A stretch of 64,000 nt of DNA from Camelus dromedarius (taxonomy: Eukaryota): positions 746,001 through 810,000 of the forward strand of contig NC_087438.1 of assembly GCF_036321535.1 (NCBI RefSeq). Direction: 5' to 3'. The position numbers and the translations under genes were made by a program. Positions 26,080-37,441 of the stretch are shown here, piece after piece. The number at the start of each line of letters is the position of its first letter. Within the stretch, counting starts at the first letter, position 1. The notes below the pieces were generated by a model, which was not told the DNA's origin, searched no databases, and worked only from the letters and a program-made list of their open reading frames with translations.

Positions 26080-26336
26080 TCCTGGAGGCGGGAAGCCCAA
26101 GGCCCCTTCCCGGGCCACCCCTCCTGTGTCCTCACACCCTGTGCCCTTCGTGCCTGCTGTGCCCTAACCGCCTCTCCTCCGATGGCACCACTCAGATTGG
26201 ACGAGGGCCCTCCCTGGTGAGCCTTCCATCTTGATTACCTCCTTAAAGGCCTCTGTCCGAGTTCAGTGACGCCCTGAGGTCCTGGGGGTTCAGGCATCAG
26301 CGTGTAAATTTGGAGGAAATGGTTCGTCTTGTAACA
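26080..26336 (-). mobile_element. MaLR LTR fragment (MLT1-like)
   Basis: cactcagattgga...tcttgattacctccttaaaggcctctgtcc...ctgaggtcctgggggttcagg...cttgtaaca. Confidence 0.55.
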
Positions 26337-26555
26337 GCCCCTCCCTCCCCTGCTCCCATTCCACTGGGAATCCTCCTCGGAGTGTCACTAAAATCTGCAG
26401 TTTTGAGGCTTAGAGGAGTTGGCGGGGAGGAGCATGAGGTCACAGGCCGAGAGGAGTGCAGATCAGTGGGGGCGGGCAGTGCTCACCCACGCGGGAGCTC
26501 GACACCCTCTGCTTCTTGGCCAGCTGGGTCCACGCTGGTCCCAGGGGACCCCCCC

Positions 26556-26556
<1 letters not shown>

Positions 26557-26614
<58 letters not shown>
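26557..26614 (+). repeat. Perfect (AC)29 microsatellite
   Basis: Direct reading. Confidence 0.97.
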
Positions 26615-26617
<3 letters not shown>

Positions 26618-29039
26618 GGCCCGCGGTGTGCCGTCCTTGCCTGAACTGGGCTGGTGTGGGTCGTGTCCTGAGGGGCTCGGGAGGTGGCCTCTGGACCCCT
26701 CTGCCATCTGCGAGGTGCTGGCTCTCCCTTGTGGCCTCCCCCTCATTGATGACCAGCCTCCCAGAAGGAGAATCAATGAGACCACAGGTTTCAGCCTCAG
26801 AACACACAGCCCTGTTATTATCTTGCAAAACGCCAGGGCAGCCTTCCCACAGAGCTTCTAATATGACTTGGTGTCAATATTGGAAACCTATTTTTGAACA
26901 AATAGTAGATTCTCTTCTCTGGAACTCGTGGGGAGCCAAACAGCTCTTGAAGGCTGAGAAGCTTATGGAAATAGCTCTTGGTGGCAGGAAGAGGCTGGTT
27001 CAGGGTGGCCGTGTCACTTTGTCCCCTTCCTCGGGCTCTGACGTTTTGTCTAAGCTCCAGCCCTAGGCCCTGTTCTGGCTATGATTGCCCCCCTGACTGG
27101 GGCCAACACTGAAGCTCTGGGGCTTCTACACTGAAACCCAGCTGCAAGGGTGGAGGTCGCTGCAGGATAGGGCACCGCGGGCTCCCAGACCTGATGCAGG
27201 TGCGGACAACGCCCACCGCCAGGTTCACACAGGGAGCAGGGGCCCGGGTCCCAGGGAGGCTGCTTCCACGCAGGGCCAGCCCCAGCGGCCCCGGACAGGA
27301 CCGTGTCCCAAGGTTTAAAGAGAATAACTGTGTTTGATGGCCCCATGCTGGGACCTGGGCAGACATGACCCAGCTCAGTAACCCACAGCCTACCCCAGAT
27401 GGGCAATTCACAGATGAGGGAATGGAGGCAGGGAGCGTCTGGGGCTGGGGGCTGGGCTCCTGGCCACCCTGAGCTTCCCGCATGGCCCACTGTGGCCCCC
27501 AGGGCCCTCACGGTCCCCCTCCCTGCCAGTGTGTGAAGGGCTGGGTGGTGGAGACCAGGAAGGTCTGCAAGGAAGGCGGCAGGATGAGGCACCTGAGGAG
27601 TTGTTGGGGGTGCTGGGCCCTTCACAGACAGCTGGGGGACTGGGCCATGGGCCCTGGAGTCTTCCTGTCCGCCCGCAGCCCTGGGAAGGCTTGGGGGCTG
27701 CTGCACACCCCCTCCCCCTGTGGCAGAAGCAACAGGTCCTGGGGGTCCCTTTGGGGAGGAGGCCCTGCAAACTAGAGTGGTCAGTGGGGAGAGGTGGCCT
27801 CCAGCAAGACCACGTGGGTCTGCAGGCAGTGTGCACATTCAGAGTGAGGGCCCCATGCACCGAGGTCGGATTTACAGAAATAAAGGAGGGTGGGGGCTTG
27901 GGGTGTGAGCTGAGGGGGAGGGCAGGGCCGGAGAGAGGAGACTCAGCCGAGGGAGCGGCGTGGACCAGCGAGGCCAGGCCCAGTGCTCAAGGCCTGGGTG
28001 GCTGCGCATGGGCCCCTGCGGGGTGGGGTCGGCGTGCAGAGCACTGTCCCCCAGCCTGGCCTCTCCAACTGACCACCCCATCTCAGGCTGGGCCTCGAAG
28101 GTGCTAAGCTCATGGAGAGCTCTCGGAGGGGCTGCTTTCAAGCTGGACTGTTCAGGCAGTCATTGGTATCGTGTCGCAGGGTGAGTGCAGCCCTTGCTCA
28201 GCGGACTTTGAGTTTCAGACGTCTCCAACTGCGAGACCGGCCGCTCAGGAAAACTCGTCGTGGGGTTCACAGTGTGGGGGGCACAAACGTTCACTCTGAC
28301 CCCTCCACACACCACCCAGGACTTGGAGAACAGGAGACAATCTGCTTGTTAAACAGATACATTTCACTGAATAAACTGTTCGTGTGGTGCTGTCCCCAGG
28401 AGTGTCACCCCGCCACACCTCCACGGAGCTGGTGCACAATCACGTGACTGACAGCAATGGAACTGACTGAGGGAGGTGAAACCCGCCTTGGGAGGGGCCG
28501 GGCTGCTCCATCCTGGGCGGCGCGGGCAGGCGGGGTCGCGGGGGACCCTGCGTCCGAGAGCCTCGCCCGGTTGTAGCCGTCCTTCCCCGATGGGCTTCCC
28601 AGGCTGCTCACTTACGACTGCTCACAGCTGGATGCGTTCTGAGGCAGCTCCCGGTCATGATGTCCAGTGCCAGCCACCGGGCTGACTTGTCCTAACCGTT
28701 CAGCTTTCTCTTCCTTTACGTCTTCTCTCCAAGTCTCTACTTCCAGCCTGACTTCAAGCTGAGGCTTTCCAGCTCTCCACTGGCGGCCTCTGGTTTTCAC
28801 GTCTCTGTTACTTTGATCTCGAGTTTTGCCTCCTTGAAAGCTGACTTAAGGCCTCGCCTTGTGTGCAGCTAAGTGTCTTTCCTCCAGAAGAGCGGGAGCC
28901 CTGGTGGCCTGTCCCTTGTCCCCACTTGAATTAATCTGACCAGCACTGTCCACACCTCCATCTTCGTGGGGTTCTGGTGGTACCACCAAGCAGCCTGGTT
29001 CTCCAAAACCAGCAAGGCACAGGCACCGAGGCCACCAGC

Positions 29040-29460
29040 CCACATCCACGCTTGGCCAGCACAGCAGAGGGTTAACGCTGCCCGAGTAAGGTCTGGCCGT
29101 CTGCCCTGGCCCTAAGCTCTGGCGAGTCCGGCCTGATAACAGCGTCCTTGCTTCCCTGGCCACATGGTGTCGGCCGGACCTCAGGCTGGAGACTCGAGTC
29201 AGCCATGCCGTGTGACTGCACTCCAGGGCTCGGGCCGCGTGCCCTGGCCGTCGGTACTCGAGTGTGTTGTCACGTCCAGGACTTCATGGAGGAGGACCTC
29301 TGGGAGCTCACGTCTGCTCTCCTCTGGGCCCTGCCTTTGCGTCTCCTCCGCCTGCTGCTTGTAATCTGGGTGCTTTGGCTGTCATAAGTCAGGACTTCAA
29401 TTTTGCTGAGCTGAGACCGTCTGGTGAGTCACTGAACCTGAGGGTGGTCCCAGGACCCTC
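29040..29460 (+). mobile_element. ERV LTR fossil (MER21-like)
   Basis: aggctggagactcgagtcagcc...ctggtgagtcactgaacctgagggtggtc; shares the ttgaacctgaggagtggt-type motif with the 43040 element. Confidence 0.45.
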
Positions 29461-29586
29461 GCCCTGCATAGCACCAGCAGCAGCCTCAGAGCATCGCCTG
29501 GAAGCGCCCGGTGCCTGGACATAGAGCAGGCCTGGGGATGGGGACACGCAGCAGGACAGTGACCCCCGCCTCCCTCACCCCTGCCA

Positions 29587-29587
<1 letters not shown>

Positions 29588-29622
<35 letters not shown>

Positions 29623-29714
29623 GCACACATACACAATACACATATACACACATACATACACACACACGTACATACACACATACACTACACATATACATAC
29701 ACATACACACACAC
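29588..29714 (+). repeat. Compound (CA)16 plus CA/TA-interrupted microsatellite
   Basis: Direct reading. Confidence 0.95.
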
Positions 29715-31569
29715 AGGGACAGCATGACAGGACCCAGGGGACAAGGCCGGCTGCTGGGGGCCCAGATGGTGACAGACATGGAGCGGCGGCGGTTGGATGC
29801 CCCACACCTGAGGGTGCACCTGTGGAGAGAGGGTCTGAGAAGGGGGTGGGCGCGGTGGCCTGATGGAGGGAGGCTGGGGACGGCAGAGCAGGGTGTGGGG
29901 AGCCCGCTGAGGAGGATGGCCACACAGGGCACCGAGGCCTCTGCAGGAGCAGCGACAGCTCATGGGCAGTGGACAGAGGGGGCAGAAGCCTTCCAAGGAG
30001 GAGGACCTCTGCTCCCTCAAGCAGGTGTGCAGGTGGCCCCTGGGGTTGGGGCGCGGACGCCCGCAGTTGAGGATGGTGTGCGCTGTGACAGCAGTGGGCG
30101 GGAGCTCTTACTGGGTTCAGGTGGTGGGGTTTTAAAGTGACGTTAGGGTTAGGCACAGTCGCTGGGTGTGGTGCATTTAGATCTTGAGTGCGGTTTGAAG
30201 CGGTTTGGAGCAGGATGGTGGGGCTCCCCAGGGCTGGGCTTTGTCAGATGAGCGCCCAGGAGGGGCTGGATGCTTTGAGGGGAGGGCTCAGGGTCTGCAC
30301 TGAAGTGAAGTCGGGGGACCCGAGCTGACCGACGGCTGGGGCGGCAGTGGTTAGACTAGTGACCCCAGAAGACCAGAAGGACAGCCAGAGAGTGGGGTGG
30401 GGCGCCGAGGAGGTCTACAAGGATGGGAGGTTGAGAATGGGTGGTCAGGAGGCTGGTCCCCACAGAAGTGGGAAGCCCCAAGGCTGAGGGAGAGAGAGCA
30501 GAGGGACCTAGGACAGGGGGGAGGGTCCACAGAGGGGCTCATGCTCAGCGCGGCGCGGAGACCGCCGTCCAGGGTGGGCAAGGGCCCCAGGTCACCCCCA
30601 CGGTAGAGTGAGGGGTGAGTCCGGGAAGGGGGGAGGGGGGTGGGATTGGGACCGAGAAGCAGGGAGGCCGGGGTCGCTCATGGGGGAGGAGACAGAGACT
30701 GCGGAGGTGTGAGCACGCCTGCCCGCCCTCCTTCCCGCTCCACATCAGTGTCAAAGCCAGCGTTGGGTCTGCAAGCCGGGTGCCGCCACGGGTCGGGCAG
30801 CCCTGGAAGTCAAGTCCACCGTTGCCCTTGTCACCACCTGCCTCGCTGTCCAGCTGAGGCCCCGGGTCCCCTCCCTGGGGGGGACCAGGCCCAGAGGCTG
30901 CTTCGGCCACTTGTGGGCCTTCGTCTGGTCGCCCCAATGACAGGGCAGTTGGGGTGTGCTGGGTGCTGGATGCCCTCGCCTGCAGGGAGGTTTGGAAGGT
31001 CTTGCCAGATGCACAGTGAAAACTTGAGCCCGGATTCTGATTAATTACATACACTCACATAATTTTTGCATCTTTTAACGTAGTCTGATTTTTCTAGGAA
31101 TTTTCGGTAAGATGCGGGAGGGTGGATGGTACCTGGCTTTGCTGAGAGCACCCAGGGTAGTCATCACTCTGGACGGCCGGGCACTCGTGGGTCGCCTGCC
31201 CTCACCACTGCGGCAGCCCCGGGCGTCTGTGATCGGGGACCTGGTCTGACACCTTGACGTGCAGCCGGGCTGCCTGGCGCACCCCCACCCCTGCCCGAGG
31301 ATGCCCCCGAGGCTCCCTCTCTCTGGATCCTTTGGCTCCGGGAGACCACAGAGAAGAAAACATCCTCTAGAAGCCGGGCGCATGAAGCACAAGGGAGGGG
31401 CCGGCCTTAGAGCCCTCCCCTCCCGCTCAGAAGCCGCGTCCTCCCTGTAATTCGGGGGCGTAAGTCCACGCCGAGCCTATGGGGTTGGAGGTCGAGCACG
31501 TCCCAGCTCAGCGGGGTCAGCTGCTGCGGGGAGGGGGCCCCCGTGATGACACTTGGAGATCTGAAACAA

Positions 31570-32150
31570 GACCCAAGAGAGGCCTGGGGTTTTTGCAAAA
31601 AGTTTGCATCTGATAAAGGATTGTTGTCCGACACACAAAGAACGCTTTGCACTCGATAGTAACAAACAAGCAAGCCCGTGTGGAAAACGGGAACGGGCCT
31701 GAGTGTACACCTTGCCAAAGAAGATGAGCGGATGGCAAACCTGAGTGCGAGGATGCCCCACACCCTGTGTGTGAGTTAAAGCGTTGACGAGCAATGTCCA
31801 GACGCTGACAGCAGCGATCGCTGACCAGGATGTGGAGCCGTGGGAGCGCGCGCTTGTCCACTGCCGGTGGGAAAGCAACGTGGTCCAGCCTCGTGGAATA
31901 CAGTTTCCAGTGTTTTACAAATTCAAGCCTCCTCTTACCATGTGACCCAGCAGTCACATGCCGTATTTACCCAAAGGAGATGAAGACTTACGTCCACACA
32001 ATAACGTACATGTGGACGCGCACGGCAGCTTTACTTGTAATCGCCAAAGCTTGGAAATGTGCTGGATGTGAATCTGGGGAGATGCCATTCAACGCAGTGT
32101 GACTGGTGGTCACAGCGGCCGTGACATAACCACACAAACAGCGGAATTAT
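31570..32150 (+). mobile_element. Degenerate L1 ORF2 end / 3' region fragment
   Basis: gcatctgataaagga; ttaccatgtgacccagcagtcac; atttacccaaaggagatgaagacttacgtccacaca; gcagctttacttgtaatcgccaaa. Confidence 0.7.
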
Positions 32151-32929
32151 TCCGAATGACTTTTGAGCCCAGCACTCACACTGCGCACCCTTAGTGGGAC
32201 ATGCTCCAAAGACAAAAGAGGATCTTTCGTTTTAGTCTTATGTTCTGATTGTTCATTTTGAAATGATTTAGGACTTACGAAAAAGGTGCAGAAGCCGTGT
32301 AGAGATTCCCAGCGTAGCCTGCAGCCAGCTCCCCGGAGCCGACGTCTCAGTCACCTCAGCCCACTGCTCACGGCCGGGGGTCGTAGCGACGCGGCGCCGT
32401 TTCTCGTTAGCACCGATGCGATGCAGCCGTATCTGGACGTCTTTTCAGAGCCAGGACCCAACCCGGGACACGCACTGCGTTTAGTTGTCATGTCCCCATG
32501 GGTCTCCCCCAAGGGGACACTGGCCCTGGCTAAGCCTCTCGGCGGGGCTGGTCTGCGGGTTTCCTCACGGCCACGTGGGGGATGAGCCCCTGGCAGAGCT
32601 CACAGGGGCGACGCTGGCCCTCCGGGGGCCTCTGGTGTGGCGTCCACGTTGGCGTGCCCTCCCGCCTGGGGCGCGGGCACCTGCTCCCCTGTGACGGCGC
32701 TGCCTTCCCGTCCGTCTCCTCGGAGGGGGACTAAGTGCCCGTCTCACTCCTCGTCCTGTTTCTCCCTCGGATCTTTACATCCTGATGCCTCGTCTGAAAT
32801 GGGGGTCGCTGTGGCGTCGGCCCCGCGGCCCCGCTGCGCTTGTGGGCCGGGGCCCTGCTGGCGGGGCCGGCTCCGCCTCCCTCCTGGCTGCGTGCTCACC
32901 GCTGGGCGTTAGTCCTGTTGGCCTGCGCA

Positions 32930-33205
32930 TCCATGTGCCCCAAACCCGTGTGTTGGGGGGATCAGGAGGCGCTCCCCCTTGGCAGTGATTAGGTTTACAT
33001 GGGGCTGGGCAGGGGGCCCCCGGGGGGACAGTGACTCTCCCTCCACCGTGCAAGGCCGGCGCTGCCTGCACACACAGGCCTCGCCCATGCCCGCCCTCCC
33101 CGGCACCCTGGTCCTGGCCTCCAGCCTCCAAGGTTGTGAGAAACCAGTGTCTGTCGTTTATAAACCGCCCTGGCGGTGATGTCTGTCACAGCAGCCAGAG
33201 CTGAG
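32930..33205 (+). mobile_element. MaLR LTR fragment (MLT1-like)
   Basis: ggcaccctggtcctggcctccagcctccaaggttgtgagaaaccagtgtctgtcgtttataaacc...ctgtcacagcagcc. Confidence 0.6.
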
Positions 33206-33644
33206 GGAGGAGGACGGCGTCCATCGCTGCCTCCTTACGAGGGGGATTTTTGCTCAGACCGTCCCGGTGTGGCCTTTGGAAGCCCCTCAGGGCAGCGCTG
33301 TCCTTCCCATGCGCCCCCATCCTCAGCTTGCGGCCCCACAAGACGCTCCAGGCTCACCGCCGCCTTCTGGGACTGAGCTCTGGGATCAGCGGTTTCTCCC
33401 GGGAGCCCCGAAGCCTCTCGCTGAAGGACCTGGGCTCCGGGGGGCTCTGTGCCCACCCGGGTGCCGCAGCCTCTCGGATGCAGAGCTCAGAACATGTTTC
33501 CTGCACACCTGTGTCCAGTTCTCCGCCGTCCGCCCGCCCAGCCGTCCGCGTGTGCACGCACGTGTCTGTGTTCAAACCCCGCGCGCGCTGACCCCTCCGC
33601 GGCAGCCCCACTCCCTCTCGCCGCCTCCCTCCTTCCCTGGGGCC

Positions 33645-33799
33645 CTCCCTGCAGTGTGAGATGCTGCCCGCAGGGCCTTGCGCCAGGAAGGGCTTGGTTT
33701 ACGGCTCCGTTGTCGCCGTCCTGAAACCCTTAATGCGTTTTGAACGAGGGCCCCGCGTGCTCATGTTGTACTGAGCCTGCAAATTATGCAGCCATTCTG
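33645..33799 (+). mobile_element. hAT DNA-transposon fossil (MER45A-like)
   Basis: gggcttggtttacggctccgttgtcgccgtcctgaaacccttaat...ttttgaacgagggccccgc...gcaaattatgcagcc resembles recalled MER45A. Confidence 0.6.
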
Positions 33800-34849
33800 A
33801 TTACCCATGTGTTTGCCTGCTTGCTGAGTTCTAGAATAAATAAGAGTAATTTCAGGATTGTAACTCATCTCCGTGCAAAACACATTTCCTAACTAGGGCA
33901 CAGTTCTGTCTTTCGGTTCGCAGTCCAAATACTGTCCCCCGAGACCCAGGCCGGGCCGGGGTCTGGTGTCCCTCTGTCTCACCTGGGCTGGGTCGACACA
34001 CCCTTGGCCAGTGGATGGTCGGCCTCCAGGCAGGGAGGCTGAGGTAGGAGGGGCAGGCCGGGGGGGCGGGGGAGCTCCAGCCAGGCGGTGGGAGTGCTGG
34101 CCCATCTGGATGGACAGGGGCCTGGCGAGGGCACCTGGTCACCCAGGTGCTCGATTATAAAGAAACTGACCTCAGAAAAGAGGCAGTGGCTGGTGAGCAC
34201 CACTCCCGAGGAGAGGCGGAGGGTCGGTGGGGGGAGCAGCGTGGGCACAGCCCCCAGCACTGACGGCCGAGGGCCCCTCCTCGCGCAGGACGAGCAGGCA
34301 GCAGTCTCGGTGGGGTCAGATGTGACTGTCTGGGTGGCCGGCCCTCTGGTGGCCCCACAGAGATGCTCGCGTCCTGCTGAGTCTGACGCTCCTCGCCCGT
34401 CACTGCGGTGAGTGGGATCTGTAAACGCTGCGTGGGCCTCCGCCTCCTCGTCAACGCATCCTGGAAGACTCATGTCGCGGGGTTTGCACCATCCGGGTGC
34501 ACCTCCTTCGTGGAGCACACGCTGTGCTTCGCACGTGAGCGTGCGGCTGATCGTCCACGGCTCCGGTTCCCGCGGGCACAGGGTGAGCGCCGGGGGACCG
34601 AGGCCCCTCTGGTGGGGTCTGCACCGAGGCTCCAGCCGCCCCGCGCCCCTGCCCTAACTGCTGTGCTGTCTGGACGGCTGACCACCCGCCTTCCCTTCAG
34701 CCGACGGCTGTTCCCGAGACCTCACTGCCCAGTGACGGCGCTGTGTCCCTGTGGCTCCTCTCTGGCTCCGGTTCCCCGATACGCGTGTGGGGAGGAGATC
34801 CAGGCCCTTCCACCGGTAACCCCGCGCCAAACAGTGCGTGTGGGCCAGT

Positions 34850-35070
34850 GCACGCACACACTCCACACGCATGCGCGTGCTCACATGTGTGCCCACACCC
34901 CCACACACATGCAGAACACTCACATGTGTGCACACGCAAGCTCTGACACGTGGAAGAGCACACCTCACATGCGCGGGACGCCCAAACGCCGTGCACGGGG
35001 GCTTGCACGCGCACACAAGGCACTGGCACGCTCGTATGCACACGTGCGTGCAAGGCACACACACCCAAAC
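34850..35070 (+). repeat. Degenerate CA/CG-alternating low-complexity tract
   Basis: cacgcacacactccacacgcatgcgcgtgctcacatgtgtgcccacac... Confidence 0.65.
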
Positions 35071-37310
35071 CACTCACTTCTCCCTGAGACAGCGTTTCTC
35101 CACCGTGACACCAGCGACGTTGATGGAAACCCTCTTTCCGAGGGGTGCCCCGCGCTCCAGGGCGGAGGGGTTAGACGTGGACCAGTCGGCACCCGGCGTC
35201 GGGCGGGAGGATTCGGGAGCGGCCTGGGGCCTGCCCTGTGGCTGAAGCTCAGGAAGAGGAGGACGGCGTTGGCTCCGACCCCTGGCGCGCCTGCTGCGGA
35301 GGGCCTCGGGGCCATCTCGGGGCCCAGGCGCAGCCTCCGTCCCAAGTAGGACGCAGACAAGCCCATCGGTCGCATCCACACGCTCTTCCTCAGACTCGCC
35401 GCTGCAGGCAGGAGGCGGTTTACCTCCGGGCCCGGCGCCCGCGTCACTGGCGCACAAGCCGCTGAACAAAAGTCCCCTGAAGCACCTCCCAACCTTGTTA
35501 CACGCGACGCGCATGCGCCTTCCAGTTTATTGAAGCAGTGTCGCGCCCTCAGTGTTGATCCCCCATCACTGACGGTCACGACCTGCAGGCCCTGCTCCTG
35601 TGTTTCAGGTGGGGCTCTCGGGCTGGGCAGCAGGCGCAGTCCCTGCCTGCCAGCCGTGCTGGCCGCCGTCCCTGGGGCCGGCCCCCTCACAGCAGCGGAG
35701 CATCCGGGCAGGTGCGGTTACTAGAGAGCCCCGGGGCGTGGCCGCGAGCGCCTGCTGTGCCTCACAGGTGCCTGGCACTCAGTAGGGTGTGGGTGTTCAC
35801 CGAGCGGAAAGATGGGGGCTGTGAGAGTGTTGGGGCTGCGGAACCCTGTCCTGGAGGCCAAAAGGCTGAGGTCAAGGTGTCACTGGGGCTGGTTCCTTCC
35901 AAGGCTTCAGGGAAAGTCTGTGCCAGGCCCGTCTCTGGCCTCTGTGATCTGCAGGCGTCCTTACCTTCAGAAGCGCCGCTGACAGCGAGACCATGTTTCC
36001 TGGGTTGAGAGCCGCCTCTCTTGGTCTCAGGCCGCGCCCATCTGGGGCCGGACGTGGCAAGGACCGCGTCCATGCCCCCAGCTCACCGGCAGGAGCAGCT
36101 TCTCGCCGCTGTGGGCAGGGCTTTCTTGCTGGCTGTTGGCAGGAGGCTGCGCACTGCTGACAATCTTGGGGTGGCTGGACCCCCAGTGGAGGCCCAGAGC
36201 AGAGGCAGCGCAGGGCGAGGGGAGGTGGTCACTCGGCCCAGCTCCGGGCACGTCCGCTCTGACAGCAACTGGAGACAGAGTCGAAGCTCGGGGGAGGGGA
36301 TGTGAACCAGACCCTCGGAGGGGGTCGGAGTGGGCGGCAGAGGAGGAGCTCCCGCGAGGCCAGTGCACATGCACCCGTGGGGTCAGGATCTGGTTGTTGG
36401 CGAGGATGGCAGCCCGGAGAAGCCGCTCAGGGACCTGAGAGACTGGACGGCGGCCCGATGCTCAGAGAGTGACAGGGCTCTGCTGGGGGCAGGGGGGCAG
36501 GGGGCCGAGCTCCTTCCCCACCCGCCCCATCTGCTCCAGGGTGACAGGCCTGATGTGGGCGTGGGCCTTGGCTGAGGCTCCGACATCAAGCGTGGTCTCA
36601 CCCCCATCCACTGGAACCTTCCAGTCCTTCCTTTCTTGAATCTCAGTTTTTGCAGTTTTAATTTGAAAGCCTTTTTTTGGGGTAAAAGTCTGTTGTTTTG
36701 AGAAAATACAGAAGAGTTTCTTGATTTGAGCCCAAACACAGGGATGGATTTTTCCAGCCGACAACGAGGAGGTGGAAGATCTTCCCAGCAAAGCGCCTCA
36801 GCCCCCCTCAAAGCAGGTGTTTAAACCTGACTCCGCACCTGGGCCAGGGGACTCACCGGGCACCTCCGATCTCCCCTGGCGTCACGTCCACGGCCTTCCC
36901 ACCGCTCCGACGTGGTGTGAGGGCCGGGTCTTGGAGCCCAGGCTGTGGGCGCTCAGTCTGCTGAGTGTGAGGGGCCTGTGGTTTGCAGGTTCTCCAAGGG
37001 GCTCCTGGAGCAGGGGGACCGTGTGCCCCGCTGGCGTCATCCACTCCCTCCTTCCTGCCGGAGAGCCGCTTCCTCCCGGGGCCGCGGGTGGCTGCCGTGG
37101 ATGCTGCAAGCCGGAGCAGGGCCCCTCCTGGCTGAGAGGGCGCCCGCGTCCCTGAGCGCAGGCAGCAGGGGTTTGTGCCTGCTGTGCTGACGCTGCCCAC
37201 AAGGCAACTGCGCTGCGGAAACAACACGTCCCTTCCGCTAAATTTGCATTTCTGAAGTCAGGTGGGGCCGGATAAAGGAACTGTTAACTGGATTAGGAAC
37301 AACCTTTCTG

Positions 37311-37441
37311 GGGCAAGGGTGTAGCCAGTGGTAGAGCACGTGCTTAGCACGCATGAGTCCTGGGTTCAGTCCCCAGCACCTCCGTTAAAAAAAATAGCAA
37401 ATAAATACATACCCCCCCCAAAACCAAACCACCACAACAAA
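37311..37441 (+). mobile_element. tRNA-derived SINE (vic-1-like, camelid type), full length with 13-bp TSD
   Basis: GGGCAAGGGTGTAGCCAGTGGTAGAGC (A box), GGTTCAGTCCCC (B box), A-rich tail; direct repeats aacaacctttctg at 37298-37310 and 37442-37454. Confidence 0.85.

Noticed and set aside
26419..29932. ORFs with poly-HT / poly-CV runs
   Set aside because: These are translations of CA microsatellites.
30143..30153. ttagggttagg telomere-like sequence
   Set aside because: Fewer than two full units; expected by chance.
34408..35349. 313-aa ORF in a CpG-rich intergenic patch
   Set aside because: Runs through a CA-rich low-complexity tract; no domain or splice support.
37311..37383. Possible tRNA gene
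   Set aside because: It has an A-rich tail and TSDs and no proper acceptor stem, so it is a SINE.
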